64,000 nucleotides of DNA from an uncultured Poribacteria bacterium (GCA_951813565.1 OX638351.1:3072001-3136000), one strand, 5' to 3'; shown: positions 19,881 through 29,970, counted from the first letter of the stretch. The notes: generated from the sequence alone by a model not told the origin. A program made the numbers and translations.

Positions 19881-22382
19881 ATGAAGGAGAATATCGTGAA
19901 ACATATAAAACTCATAGCACTTATTGGCATATTTTTTTGCGTTGCAACGTATGCATACGCTCAAGAAAATGAAGACACATCAAAACTTTCAGAGGAACAG
20001 AAGCGATTTGACCTTGATGGGAACGGTGTACTTAGTCGTGAAGAAGATCAACTCATGCTTCGAATTACAAGTTTAGAGGCGTTCACAGATAGTAAACTAA
20101 GCCGTGAAGAAATTGAGAAGATAGCTGGTAACCGTTCAGATAGAGATGACGGTAGGACACCGACCAATTTTAGAGGGGCACCTCCAAATTTTAGAGGTGG
20201 AAGAGGCGGGCCTCGACCACCGGAAAAAATGGTTGCACGGTTTGATACGAATAAAGACGGAAAACTGACTGGTGACGAGCGGAAAGCGGCACTTGAAGCG
20301 CGCGGTGACGCATACTCACCTGAACAACGCGCGGGAACCCTGATAGGCAATATTCAGAGCGACGTGGAAGCAAGTCTTGCTTCCACACCAAAAGATTTAC
20401 CCGCATTCTATGATGCAGGGACACTCCGTACTCTATATCTCCGTTTCCACGATGAAGATTGGTATGCACAACTAAATGCATTCTATCGTACAGATGTTGA
20501 AGTGCCAGCCGAGTTAGTTGTTGACGGGAAGGTTTATCCAGAAGTCGGTGTTCGCTTCCGCGGCACCTCCTCCTACTTTACTGTTCAGTCAGCAAAAAAG
20601 TCCTTTAACATTGCCGTTGACTATGGCGATGATAGCCAACGCCTTCACGGTTATAAGACGCTCAACTTACTCAACGGACACGTTGATGCGTCTTTCCTTC
20701 GCGAAGTACTCTACAATAGGATTGCACGCGACTACATACCCGCCATGAAAACTAATCTTGTTAAATTGGTGATCAACGGTGAAAGTTGGGGTGTGTATAT
20801 CAATTTGCAGCAATTCAACAAAGATTTTCTGGATGAGTGGTTCGGCACAAGAGATGGTGTCCGTTGGAAAGTCGGTCCCGGGGGTGGTGCTTTGACCTAT
20901 CCCGGAAACGATACAGAAGCATATCAGAGCACATATCAACTTAAAACTGCGAATATCGAAAATCCATGGGAAGACCTCATTGCGCTCTGTGAAATGCTTG
21001 CGCCCAAAACACCTGATGCAAAATTAGAAACGGACCTACCATCAATATTTAACGTTGACCGTGCCTTGTGGCAACTGGCTGTCTCAAACGTCTTTATGGA
21101 TGATGATAGTTACATTCATAAAGGTGGAGATTTTTCCATTTATCAGGATGTCAATGAGAGATTTCACCTCATATCGCACGATAACAATGAAACTTTTAGG
21201 TTTGGTGGCGAGCGTCGTGGTGGTGGACCCGGTGGCAGAGGTCCCGGCGGTTGGTCGTGGGGAGAGTTAATATTAGGGACGGTATCTCCAACGACACACG
21301 CTGAAAATCCGATGCGTCCTGTTATTAGCCGTCTGCTTGGCAATCCAAAATGGAAAGCACGATATATCGCACATGTACATACAGTCGTAGATGAGTGGCT
21401 TGATTGGGAGGTGTTGGAACCGGTCATCAAAGAATACCATACACTCATTGATGCAGAAGTACAGCAAGACGATAAAAAACTTTACGACTACCGCAGTTTT
21501 GAGGAAAGTGTTGATGGCGACCGTGGTGGACGCACGCCGAGTTTCAAGCGATATGTAACCCAAAGGCGAGAGATTTTACTCAATCATCCAGAATTGAAAA
21601 AGCCTACACCAAAGATTATTTCCGTTTCCACACCTGAGAATCCTACGTCAAATCAAACCGTCGAAATTACAGCGAAATTAGATAAAACTGTTGCAGCGGA
21701 TTTGGTGTTACTGTATTATAGTACTGATCGTCATGCAGTTTTTAAACACACAGAGATGTCAAAGAGCGGAGATAAATTTGTCGGTAGTATTCCATCTTTT
21801 CCAGCAGATACAACAGTCTATTATTATGTGGAAGCAAGCGCAGTGAAAACACATGGCACTACAACATTTTCGCCTGCACGCGCAGAGTTCGGCGCTACCC
21901 ATTACAAGGTCACATTACCACAAGCAAAAGAGGTGGTGGTCGTAATTAACGAACTCATGGCAACCAATACCACGAGTATTGTTGACCCGCAGGGAGATCA
22001 CGAAGACTGGCTTGAATTGCACAACCTTACAGATAGCCCCGTGCTGCTCACCGGAATGTATCTTACTGATAAAATGGACAATCCCAGAAAATGGGAATTT
22101 CCTAAAAACACTACGATACCACCGCGTGGGTACTTAATTGTATGGTTAGATGAAGATGGAAAAGCGGCAGAAGGGTTACATGCAAACTTTAAATTATCTC
22201 GCAGTGGTGAAACAGTCATGCTCGTGGATACGGACGCGCGCATGAATCAGGTGATAGATACAATTACATTTGGACAGCAGAAAAAAGATACCGCTATCGG
22301 TAGATTACCGAATGCTACTGGTACTTTTCAAACTGTGCAAATGACACCTGGGAAACAAAACACTAAAAAGAAAACAAAATAA
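19881..22382 (+). CDS. Secreted CotH-family kinase with EF-hand-like motifs and a C-terminal lamin-tail domain
   Basis: DLDGNGVLS and DTNKDGKLT; VGVRFRG.SS..KKSF; HDNNETF; VINELMA..DWLELHN. Confidence 0.88.
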   Translation: MKENIVKHIKLIALIGIFFCVATYAYAQENEDTSKLSEEQKRFDLDGNGVLSREEDQLMLRITSLEAFTDSKLSREEIEKIAGNRSDRDDGRTPTNFRGAPPNFRGGRGGPRPPEKMVARFDTNKDGKLTGDERKAALEARGDAYSPEQRAGTLIGNIQSDVEASLASTPKDLPAFYDAGTLRTLYLRFHDEDWYAQLNAFYRTDVEVPAELVVDGKVYPEVGVRFRGTSSYFTVQSAKKSFNIAVDYGDDSQRLHGYKTLNLLNGHVDASFLREVLYNRIARDYIPAMKTNLVKLVINGESWGVYINLQQFNKDFLDEWFGTRDGVRWKVGPGGGALTYPGNDTEAYQSTYQLKTANIENPWEDLIALCEMLAPKTPDAKLETDLPSIFNVDRALWQLAVSNVFMDDDSYIHKGGDFSIYQDVNERFHLISHDNNETFRFGGERRGGGPGGRGPGGWSWGELILGTVSPTTHAENPMRPVISRLLGNPKWKARYIAHVHTVVDEWLDWEVLEPVIKEYHTLIDAEVQQDDKKLYDYRSFEESVDGDRGGRTPSFKRYVTQRREILLNHPELKKPTPKIISVSTPENPTSNQTVEITAKLDKTVAADLVLLYYSTDRHAVFKHTEMSKSGDKFVGSIPSFPADTTVYYYVEASAVKTHGTTTFSPARAEFGATHYKVTLPQAKEVVVVINELMATNTTSIVDPQGDHEDWLELHNLTDSPVLLTGMYLTDKMDNPRKWEFPKNTTIPPRGYLIVWLDEDGKAAEGLHANFKLSRSGETVMLVDTDARMNQVIDTITFGQQKKDTAIGRLPNATGTFQTVQMTPGKQNTKKKTK

Positions 22383-22501
22383 CGGATCTCCAAAAGAAAA
22401 ACGAACTTTTTTGTTTGTGCTATGTCCTATCAGTTGAAAACGAAATCTAAAACCTAATGATAGCAAAAACTTTTAGAAGTTCATGAACACTGGAGGAGAT
22501 A

Positions 22502-23122
22502 ATGTCCGTTACGACCCTCACTGCAGATATGGAAACCTATTCGGATATAGCCCAAGTGGAAGATTTCGACACCCAACAGGAACGCGAACTTATTTTGCGA
22601 TGCCAAGAAAGAGATACTGCTGCGATGGGAACCTTAATTGTGCAATACCAGCACTGGGTTTACAATATCGCTTACGGTATGCTTGGACATCATGAAGACG
22701 CAGAAGATGCTGCACATGACGCATTCCTTTCTGTTTGGCAAAATATCAATAAGTTCCAGTTCCGATCCCGATTTTCTACATGGCTTTATCGGATTGTAAA
22801 GAATAAGTGTCTCAATCTTATTGACCAACGTAAACGCCGAAAAACAGAACCGATGGAGATTGATGACTCACAACCTTGGGTACCGCTTGACACCAGAACA
22901 CCTGAACAAGAAGCACTGCGCACCGAACAGAGTGAAATACTCCACGCCGCCCTTGACAGACTCAAAGAAAGTTATCGAACAATCTTAATTCTGCGAGAAT
23001 TGCGTGAACTCTCTTATGAAGAGATAGCGAAAATTCTCAATTGCACACTGGGACGCGTCAAGTCCCGCTTACATGAAGCACGAAAAGCCTTAAGAGCTGA
23101 ACTTGAACGTATCGATTGGTAA
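22502..23122 (+). CDS. ECF RNA polymerase sigma factor
   Basis: DAEDAAHDAF, FSTWLYRI, LSYEEIA..GRVKSRLHEAR. Confidence 0.93.
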   Translation: MSVTTLTADMETYSDIAQVEDFDTQQERELILRCQERDTAAMGTLIVQYQHWVYNIAYGMLGHHEDAEDAAHDAFLSVWQNINKFQFRSRFSTWLYRIVKNKCLNLIDQRKRRKTEPMEIDDSQPWVPLDTRTPEQEALRTEQSEILHAALDRLKESYRTILILRELRELSYEEIAKILNCTLGRVKSRLHEARKALRAELERIDW

Positions 23123-23210
23123 GTAGTAGGCACACTCCGCTGTGCCGTAACCCTAAAGTCCAATGCACGCGCTGTCGTGCCGGAACCTCTAACTAATTGA
23201 AGTCATAAAA

Positions 23211-23723
23211 ATGAAACATCAACATATTCAGAAACAACTATCGGCATATTTAGATAATGAATTGGCACCAGCTATGTATAAAAAGGTGGATGACCATCTT
23301 CACGGCTGCCAAGAATGTGCAGACATGCTGGCAGATTTCAAGCAAAACCAGCAACGGATTGCGCAACTTGTGCACCCCGCGCCATCTATGAAGAACGCCG
23401 TTTTGGCAAAGATTAGAGAAGCAGAAGCAGCACCGCAGAAAAAATTGCTTCCAATATTTAGACGTTGGGTTTTTCGTCCTTTCACTGTGGGTGCAACTGC
23501 CTTTTCAACTGTCTGTATCATTGTCGCCTTTTTCATCTTTACATATTCGCCTGCCCCTCAATACGATGAACTCCTCGATTTCTATTTTGGTGTTCATACA
23601 GAAGAGGTCGCGAATAATCCCTTGAAATCGAACGTCGCTACGCCACTTAGCAATCCCACGACATTTACCGAAGATATCGGTGAAGATACAGAAACATTGC
23701 TCAATCTGTATCTGGGTGATTAA
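23211..23723 (+). CDS. Zinc-finger (HxxxCxxC) anti-sigma factor
   Basis: LSAYLDNEL, HLHGCQEC, one transmembrane segment. Confidence 0.88.
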   Translation: MKHQHIQKQLSAYLDNELAPAMYKKVDDHLHGCQECADMLADFKQNQQRIAQLVHPAPSMKNAVLAKIREAEAAPQKKLLPIFRRWVFRPFTVGATAFSTVCIIVAFFIFTYSPAPQYDELLDFYFGVHTEEVANNPLKSNVATPLSNPTTFTEDIGEDTETLLNLYLGD

Positions 23724-23758
23724 TCCGCTGTGGATCTAAGAAATGCATAGGTGATCTT

Positions 23759-24805
23759 ATGTCAACCAAACCACTACGCGCATGCTGCTTTTTAACGCTA
23801 ACTATCTCTCTGTTAGTAGCCAACTATCTCTTTGCCGATGTCGCTACGCTTAAACGCATTGCGGAAGCAGAACGTGATGTTGCTTATATCGGGCTTCGCC
23901 TAAAAACATCCAGTACATCTCGCGGCGTGCGGACGATGGAGGAAATTGTCATTCATAGAACGGCAGAAGATGCTTATCGGAAGGTCGAATCTGTTATTGG
24001 AGAACAAAAGTCATTTGTTAAAGAAAACGAGAGCGACAAGAAACAGGACGACAAAAGCAAAGAAAGAGATGATCGTAGAAGGAGCAGAGAATTTAGATGG
24101 GCACGACAGGGAAGCCAATTCTCTCCAAAAGAAATTGAATTGATCGCACAAAACTACGAATTGGAGCTGCGACGTTGGGGAGAAAAAATCGCGGGTTATG
24201 AGACCGACCTCCTAATTATCAAGCCCAAAAACACCGGTAGACCCACAAAACATATCTACTTTGCACGCAAAAACAGTGTTATCTTACGGGGGGAAGATTT
24301 AGACCCCTCTGGGGTACTCCGAGAAATGTTCGTTTATACCCGAATCAGTTTTGACCCAAAGAGCGTGGAAACCAAGTGGAAAAGTTTACGCGAAAAGATT
24401 AAACCGGAACCACGGAGTTACCACCCCGTTTCTCATGCTGAAGCCGAAAAAGTCCTTAAGAAAAAACCGATTAAACCGCAATACTTACCCCCCGGTTTTC
24501 AACTTCAGAGTCTGTATAAACATAAAATAAGAAGTAGAAATTCAATACGATTAAAATATACAGATGGCTTGTTGGATTTCAACCTATTTGAAATGACTGG
24601 CAAAATACCAAGTCGTGGTGATCGCAATCGAGAGGAGAATGTAATTCAAATTGGCGATACATCTGTGCAGAGATATCAGCGAGGATCGACCCATGCATTC
24701 ACATGGTCAAGCGGGGATGTCCATTTCTTCCTATATGGACCAATGTCTGTAACTGAATTGCAGAAGGTTGTAGAATCTATTATCCACAAAGCAAATCAGA
24801 AGTAG
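23759..24805 (+). CDS. MucB/RseB-like periplasmic sigma regulator
   Basis: Signal peptide, LIAQNY, YLPPGF, YTDGL; third gene of the sigma operon. Confidence 0.75.
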   Translation: MSTKPLRACCFLTLTISLLVANYLFADVATLKRIAEAERDVAYIGLRLKTSSTSRGVRTMEEIVIHRTAEDAYRKVESVIGEQKSFVKENESDKKQDDKSKERDDRRRSREFRWARQGSQFSPKEIELIAQNYELELRRWGEKIAGYETDLLIIKPKNTGRPTKHIYFARKNSVILRGEDLDPSGVLREMFVYTRISFDPKSVETKWKSLREKIKPEPRSYHPVSHAEAEKVLKKKPIKPQYLPPGFQLQSLYKHKIRSRNSIRLKYTDGLLDFNLFEMTGKIPSRGDRNREENVIQIGDTSVQRYQRGSTHAFTWSSGDVHFFLYGPMSVTELQKVVESIIHKANQK

Positions 24806-24820
24806 AACGAGTTATCTATC

Positions 24821-24924
24821 GTAGGGGCGGGTCTCTGTGCCCGCCCATTGTTTGTACAGCAAATATGTCAACTTAACGCTATATGCGCGGACAGCATTCG
24901 GCGGGGCACAGAGACCCGCCCTAC
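24821..24924. repeat. Inverted pair of GTAG-type REP-like hairpins (GTAGGGGCGGGTCTCTGTGCCCGCCC family)
   Basis: Related copies near 26665, 34717-34790, 36194-36354 and 40182-40256. Confidence 0.8.
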
Positions 24925-24926
24925 AA

Positions 24927-25042
24927 TTATAGTAAAATTCACAATTACCTTTACATTGGCGAGGTTAGGAAACCTCGCCAGCGCATGCGTGTGGGAATTG
25001 CTGTTCATTGAAATGTGAACATATTATTGGATTTTACTATAA
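24927..25042. mobile_element. 116-bp MITE, copy 1
   Basis: Ends TTATAGTAAAAT / ATTTTACTATAA, internal hairpin TGGCGAGGTT..AACCTCGCCA; matches 51231-51346. Confidence 0.85.
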
Positions 25043-25080
25043 CTGACCAACCTGTAATAACCACAACCAAAGGAGAAATC

Positions 25081-25902
25081 ATGAAAATCTATCAGGTCCT
25101 AATGTTAACTACCCTCTTAACCGGACAATTTCTTGCAGGCAGCGCAGATGCCGACAATCATGCTGACCCCATAAAAGACGAACTTGAGAAATCACCGCGT
25201 CATGGGGAATGGGTAAAAATCACCGCTGTTGATAAGCGCGAACTCAACGCTTTTATCGTTTTCCCGGAAGTGAAAGAACCCGCAACTGCTATCATTGTTA
25301 TCCACGAGATTTTTGGACTAACCGATTGGATTCGACTCGTCGCAGATAGGCTTGCCGCCGATGGATTTGTCGCTATCTGTCCAGATTTGCTTTCCGGTAT
25401 GGGACCGGAAGGTGGCGGAACAGAGAGTTTTGCCTCTGGTGACGATGTACGGCGCGCAATTCGTGGGCTTACAACGGAACGCGTGACAACAGATTTAGAT
25501 GCTGTGCGCAAATATGTTCACGACTTACCCTCAACGAACGATAAGGTCGCAGTCTCCGGATTCTGCTGGGGTGGTAAGCAAACGTTTAGTTATGCTGTTC
25601 ATTCTGATGAGATCGCTGGTGCGTTTGTGTTTTACGGTTCTGCACCACCTATAGAAGATGTCCCCAAGATTTCTGCACCAGTATACGGGTTTTATGGTGA
25701 GAGCGATAACCGTATCAACGCGACAATTGATGCGACTAAAACTGCAGCGGATGCCGCAAAAGTTAAGTATGAACCTGTTATTTATAAAGGTGTTGGTCAT
25801 GCATTCTTGCGGCGCGGCATGGCGGAAAATGCGAATGAAGCACAGAAAACGGCTACTAAAGAAGCATGGGAACGGTGGGTTACGCTTTTGCGCGGTCTTT
25901 AG
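25081..25902 (+). CDS. Dienelactone hydrolase family protein (secreted)
   Basis: IHEIFGL, GFCWGG, GHAF; AAGGAG RBS before ATG at 25081. Confidence 0.92.
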   Translation: MKIYQVLMLTTLLTGQFLAGSADADNHADPIKDELEKSPRHGEWVKITAVDKRELNAFIVFPEVKEPATAIIVIHEIFGLTDWIRLVADRLAADGFVAICPDLLSGMGPEGGGTESFASGDDVRRAIRGLTTERVTTDLDAVRKYVHDLPSTNDKVAVSGFCWGGKQTFSYAVHSDEIAGAFVFYGSAPPIEDVPKISAPVYGFYGESDNRINATIDATKTAADAAKVKYEPVIYKGVGHAFLRRGMAENANEAQKTATKEAWERWVTLLRGL

Positions 25903-26658
25903 CACCGAAGGTGCGAAAGGTGTATAGTAAACTTGTGTCATTCTAAATTTTAGCCCCAGCGGGGCGACAGGTGTATTATAGATTAAGGAATCACATGATG
26001 GCTGATACCTATACCCAATTGTACGTACATATTGTATTCGCTGTTAAAGGCAGACAGCACCTCATTCCGAAACAACACAAAGAGGCACTACATCAATATA
26101 TAACTCGTATTATCACAAACAAAAAACAGACAGTAATTCGTATCAATTCAATGCCGGACCATATCCATATCCTTGTCGGTCTAACACCCGATATTGCATT
26201 ATCTGATTTGGTGAGAGACATAAAGGCAAATTCATCAAAACACATTAATAAGAAAGGATGGATTATGGGGAGATTTGAATGGCAGACAGGTTTTGCAGCA
26301 TTTTCATATTCTGAATCTCAGTTGGATACGGTTGTTAATTACATCAAAAATCAGGAAATTCATCATTCTCGTCTGACATTCAGAGAAGAATATCTTGCGT
26401 TTTTAGAACGTTTTAATGTTCCTTATAATCCGAAATACGTCTTTGATCCGGATGACGATTCTGAGATTTGAGCACCTTTCGCCCCGCTGGGGCTTTAGAA
26501 TGTTGTTTACGCGTATTTCTATACACCTTTCGCCTCTCCGAGGCTGTTGCAATTTTATGCGGTGTTTCTTTGATGTATTAGCACCAGAGGTGCGAAAGGT
26601 GTATAGTAAACGTATGTCATATACGTTCTTGAGCACCAGCGGTGCGGAAGGTGTATAA
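25901..26658. mobile_element. REP-flanked Y1 transposase locus (IS200/RAYT-like)
   Basis: Six related hairpins (AGC[A/C]CC...GG[T/G]GCG..AGGTGTAT) at 25901, 25952, 26473 (inverted), 26519 (inverted), 26580 and 26632 around tnpA. Confidence 0.8.
25995..26471 (+). CDS. tnpA: IS200/IS605-family HUH (Y1) transposase
   Basis: YVHIVFAVK.R, DHIHIL (HUH), K.NSS, WQ.GF.AFS, YIKNQ..HH. Confidence 0.92.
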   Translation: MMADTYTQLYVHIVFAVKGRQHLIPKQHKEALHQYITRIITNKKQTVIRINSMPDHIHILVGLTPDIALSDLVRDIKANSSKHINKKGWIMGRFEWQTGFAAFSYSESQLDTVVNYIKNQEIHHSRLTFREEYLAFLERFNVPYNPKYVFDPDDDSEI

Positions 26659-26762
26659 AATTGTGAGGCACAGAGACCTCGCCCTACAATGAAAGTGAGC
26701 ATTTAGAAAGAAATCGGGCGGACAAAGCCTCCCACAAAATTGGTAATCAATAAGGAACACAC

Positions 26763-27527
26763 ATGCCAAACCGACTCAAAAATAAAATCGCAATTATCAC
26801 AGGGGCAGCGCGCGGTATTGGCGCGAAAAGTGCTGAGCTTTTTGCTGCAGAAGGCGCGGCTGTTGCTATCTGGGATGTGAACGCGGAACGTGGGAACACA
26901 GTAGCACAACAGATTCAATCTGCGGGCGACACAGCAATTTTCTGCAAATGCGATGTAACCGATGCCACGCAGATTAAAGATGCAGCACAACACATCACAT
27001 CTGAACTTGGCACACCGAACGTACTGTTTAACAATGCGGGAATCGCTGTTGTTGGGGAATTAGAGCATATTTCTGAAGCGGATTGGGATCGGCAGTATGC
27101 GGTCAACGTGAAAAGCATCTATCTTGTTTCACGGGCAATTATCCCGTTGATGCGCGAGGCAGGTAGCGGTGCGATTATCAATATGGCGAGCGAATCTGCT
27201 TATGTCGGGTTTCCGATGCATCCTGCCTATACATCTTCTAAAGCTGCTGTGGTACATCTCACCCGTAGCATGGCGGTGCGGTATGCTGAGGACAACATCC
27301 GCGTCAACAGTCTATGTCCCGGCACGATTAACACGGAGCTTTACCAAGAATTCATCGCACAACAGGATGACCCCGAAGCGGTCAACAGAGAGATTGAAGC
27401 GATGCATCCGTTGGGTATCGGTGAGCCGGAAGACATCGCATGGGCGGCGGTTTATTTGGCGTCAGATGAATCGCGATATATGACGGGCGCACCGATGTTG
27501 GTTGAGGGTGGAATTCTGTCCTTATAA
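26763..27527 (+). CDS. SDR oxidoreductase
   Basis: TGAARGIG, NNAG, YTSSK, IRVNSLCPG. Confidence 0.93.
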   Translation: MPNRLKNKIAIITGAARGIGAKSAELFAAEGAAVAIWDVNAERGNTVAQQIQSAGDTAIFCKCDVTDATQIKDAAQHITSELGTPNVLFNNAGIAVVGELEHISEADWDRQYAVNVKSIYLVSRAIIPLMREAGSGAIINMASESAYVGFPMHPAYTSSKAAVVHLTRSMAVRYAEDNIRVNSLCPGTINTELYQEFIAQQDDPEAVNREIEAMHPLGIGEPEDIAWAAVYLASDESRYMTGAPMLVEGGILSL

Positions 27528-27760
27528 TAAGGTGAACCGTAGGTTGGGTAGAGCGAAGCGAAACCCATAAGTGTCAACTTAAGAAAAAAATGCTGGCTTA
27601 TCTCTTGTGGGAGGGGTTTTCAACCCCGATTTCTTCTCTATGAGAGGTATTCAACTATGAGAAATCAATATATCGGGCAGACAAGGTTTCCCTCCCAGAA
27701 GAAAATATATTATCCTTACAACTACCCAATCAATGTAAAATCAGGCTTACAAAACCTCTT

Positions 27761-27959
27761 GTAGGAGTGAATCAACGCAGCATGCGCGTATGGCATGCTG
27801 CGGATTTTCAACCGCGATAAATCGGCGTTGAAAACGCCTCCCACAAGAAAGGTAAATCGGGCGGACAAAGTTTCCCTCCCACAAGAAAGGTAAATCGGGC
27901 GGACAAAGTCCTTCCACAAGAAAGATAAATCGGCGTTGAAAACGCCTCCCACAAGAAAA
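27761..27959. repeat. Cluster of REP-like units (AAATCGG...CCTCCCACAAGAAA family)
   Basis: Four tandem 34-38 nt units at 27818, 27853, 27891 and 27926, plus an inverted, interrupted copy at 27761. Confidence 0.85.
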
Positions 27960-27970
27960 TGTCCCTTTCC

Positions 27971-28906
27971 CTACAACGCATGATCCGACGGTTTAAGACC
28001 CTTCTTAAACGTACCGAACCCGAAGAAAGTCGGCTCATATTCACCGACATAATCAACATTGCTTTTCTCAGGGATAACGTCCTCCATCCCCATACCCCAA
28101 TAACATCCGTTGACAAGCAGACGCCGCAACCCTTCGCTTTCTAAATCAACAGACGCTCCCATCGTGGTATTGAAGACACGAGACGTATTCCCCAATTCAC
28201 CCGTATATGTCTTTATCCATGCCAACGGCATCGTGACGGTATCCGGTTTCGGTGCATCTGTAGGCTCCATACCGACCAATACCTGTCCGTGTACCAAGAC
28301 CTGTGCATCACCCGTCAACTCCTTAATACCGTAAACATCCGACGGTCCCCATATATCCGAAACACCTTTAAGTATAGGATGATCTTTGTGCCCTTCATCA
28401 ATCACACCCCGCGCGCTCTCTTTACCGTGATGTCCATGATGATTGATCCAAGTCTCTCCAAGCACTTGCCGACCGTAGCCACCATCAAATTCTTTGCTAT
28501 TAAAACTATATTTCGCGTAGGGACTATCAAGGTTACGCGTATAGTTGAAAGCGTGTGTCGCTGTCCGAAGTCCCATCACTGGTTTACCTGCATTCGTATA
28601 GTCTATGATATGTTTCATCTGTTCATCGGGCAGTTCACGGAAACGCGTGAACAACACCAGCATATCCGCTGATTCCAGATGATGGAGCCCTGGTATGTTT
28701 TCCTGATTATTCGGATCAATTTCGCCTGTTTCGGGATTGATAGCGAACAGCACTGTGCATCGGAAGCCGTGATGTGTGGCTAATACTTTGCCTAACATCG
28801 GCATCGCTTCTTCGGAACGATATTCCTCATCGCCACTTACCAGAACAATGTGTTTGCCTTTGCCAGCACCATCGCCACCTTCATAAACAACCCATTCGTT
28901 ATTCAT
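27971..28906 (-). CDS. ThuA-like / class I glutamine amidotransferase-like protein
   Basis: SGDEEYRSEE, GLRTATHAF, HPILKG, RVFNTTMG. Confidence 0.8.
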   Translation of the reverse strand: MNNEWVVYEGGDGAGKGKHIVLVSGDEEYRSEEAMPMLGKVLATHHGFRCTVLFAINPETGEIDPNNQENIPGLHHLESADMLVLFTRFRELPDEQMKHIIDYTNAGKPVMGLRTATHAFNYTRNLDSPYAKYSFNSKEFDGGYGRQVLGETWINHHGHHGKESARGVIDEGHKDHPILKGVSDIWGPSDVYGIKELTGDAQVLVHGQVLVGMEPTDAPKPDTVTMPLAWIKTYTGELGNTSRVFNTTMGASVDLESEGLRRLLVNGCYWGMGMEDVIPEKSNVDYVGEYEPTFFGFGTFKKGLKPSDHAL

Positions 28907-29142
28907 TGATATATTATACTCCAGTCATAAGATTTATATTTCAGAGTATAGCACAGTTTTGGTAAAAAGTCATGGGTGTGTTGTTAATTAATGATTAATG
29001 TCCGAGGCGCAGCATGCCGGACGCGCATGCTGCGTTGATTTGGCAATGAATTGCGCGACTACGAACGCACATAGTCTTGAGATTACGCGATTGCGAACAA
29101 CAATTAAACTTGACAACAATAAAATACACCTTTATAATATAA

Positions 29143-29509
29143 CTATACTTTGGACAATTTTAGCTGTTTTCGTGAGGTTGGGTTAGAGAAAAACATATAG
29201 TTTTCATATTGGACACCTGTCGCCCCGCTGGGGCTGAAGCGGGTTGTTTACCGCGTTTCTATACACCTGTCGCCCCGCTGGGGCTGCCCAAAAGGTATTT
29301 TGGACGAGTTCTTTCAGCCAGCAAAATCGCAGAAAATATAAATAATATAAGATGACACCTTAGCCCCAGCGGGGCGACAGGTATATAGAAGAAGGTAATT
29401 GCCGCTGTCTAAAGCCCCAGCGGGGCGACAGGTGTCCAATATTTTGCTTTGGACACCTAACAGTTTCTCAGCAAGTCCTCGAACAATATGTAAATTGTCC
29501 AAAGTATAG
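29143..29509. mobile_element. 367-bp MITE with 18-bp terminal inverted repeats, 8-bp target duplication and REP cargo
   Basis: CTATACTTTGGACAATTT (29143-29160) / AAATTGTCCAAAGTATAG (29492-29509); TAATATAA on both flanks; four GCCCCAGCGGGGC hairpins inside. Confidence 0.88.
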
Positions 29510-29853
29510 TAATATAAATACATACAAAAAAACTTGGCAAATTTGTGCAAAATTGCTACAATACATTAAAAATCAATAAAATTACCGAATTTCCTATAAT
29601 TTTCAACAAAAATACTTGACAAACTTTGCAACAAAGGGTATACTTAATAGCGTGGCATGCAATCCGTTCAGAATTTTTGCAGCCAACAAACTCAAAAATA
29701 CTTGACAAAGTTTCGCAATTTGTGTTATCATTAAATTATGCGGACAGAGATTCAATTAATACATTACCATATTTTTGCGTTGGTAATACCGGAATACTAC
29801 ATAAATCTCTCAAACGCAATTGTTCTTTACGAAACGCAACCCTCTTATAGGAT

Positions 29854-29970
29854 GGGTTTTTCTTGTAGGAGGGTTTTGAAAGCCCGATAACAGAACCCCG
29901 ATTATTATAGGGTTTTTCTTGTGGGAGGGCTTTGAAAGCCCGATAACAGAACCCCGATTATTATAGGGTT
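29854..29970. repeat. 56-bp tandem duplication containing a GT[A/G]GGAGGG REP-like unit
   Basis: Units start at 29854 and 29910 and are near-identical. Confidence 0.85.

Noticed and set aside
25995..26700. IS605 element with TnpB and omega RNA
   Set aside because: No tnpB ORF follows tnpA; only REP-like hairpins do.
27818..27959. Possible mini CRISPR array for the orphan effector
   Set aside because: The variable parts are about 11-14 nt, repeated (A-B-B-A), and form the loop region of a dispersed REP family.
29854..29970. Two-repeat CRISPR
   Set aside because: It is a simple 56-bp tandem duplication with no unique spacer.
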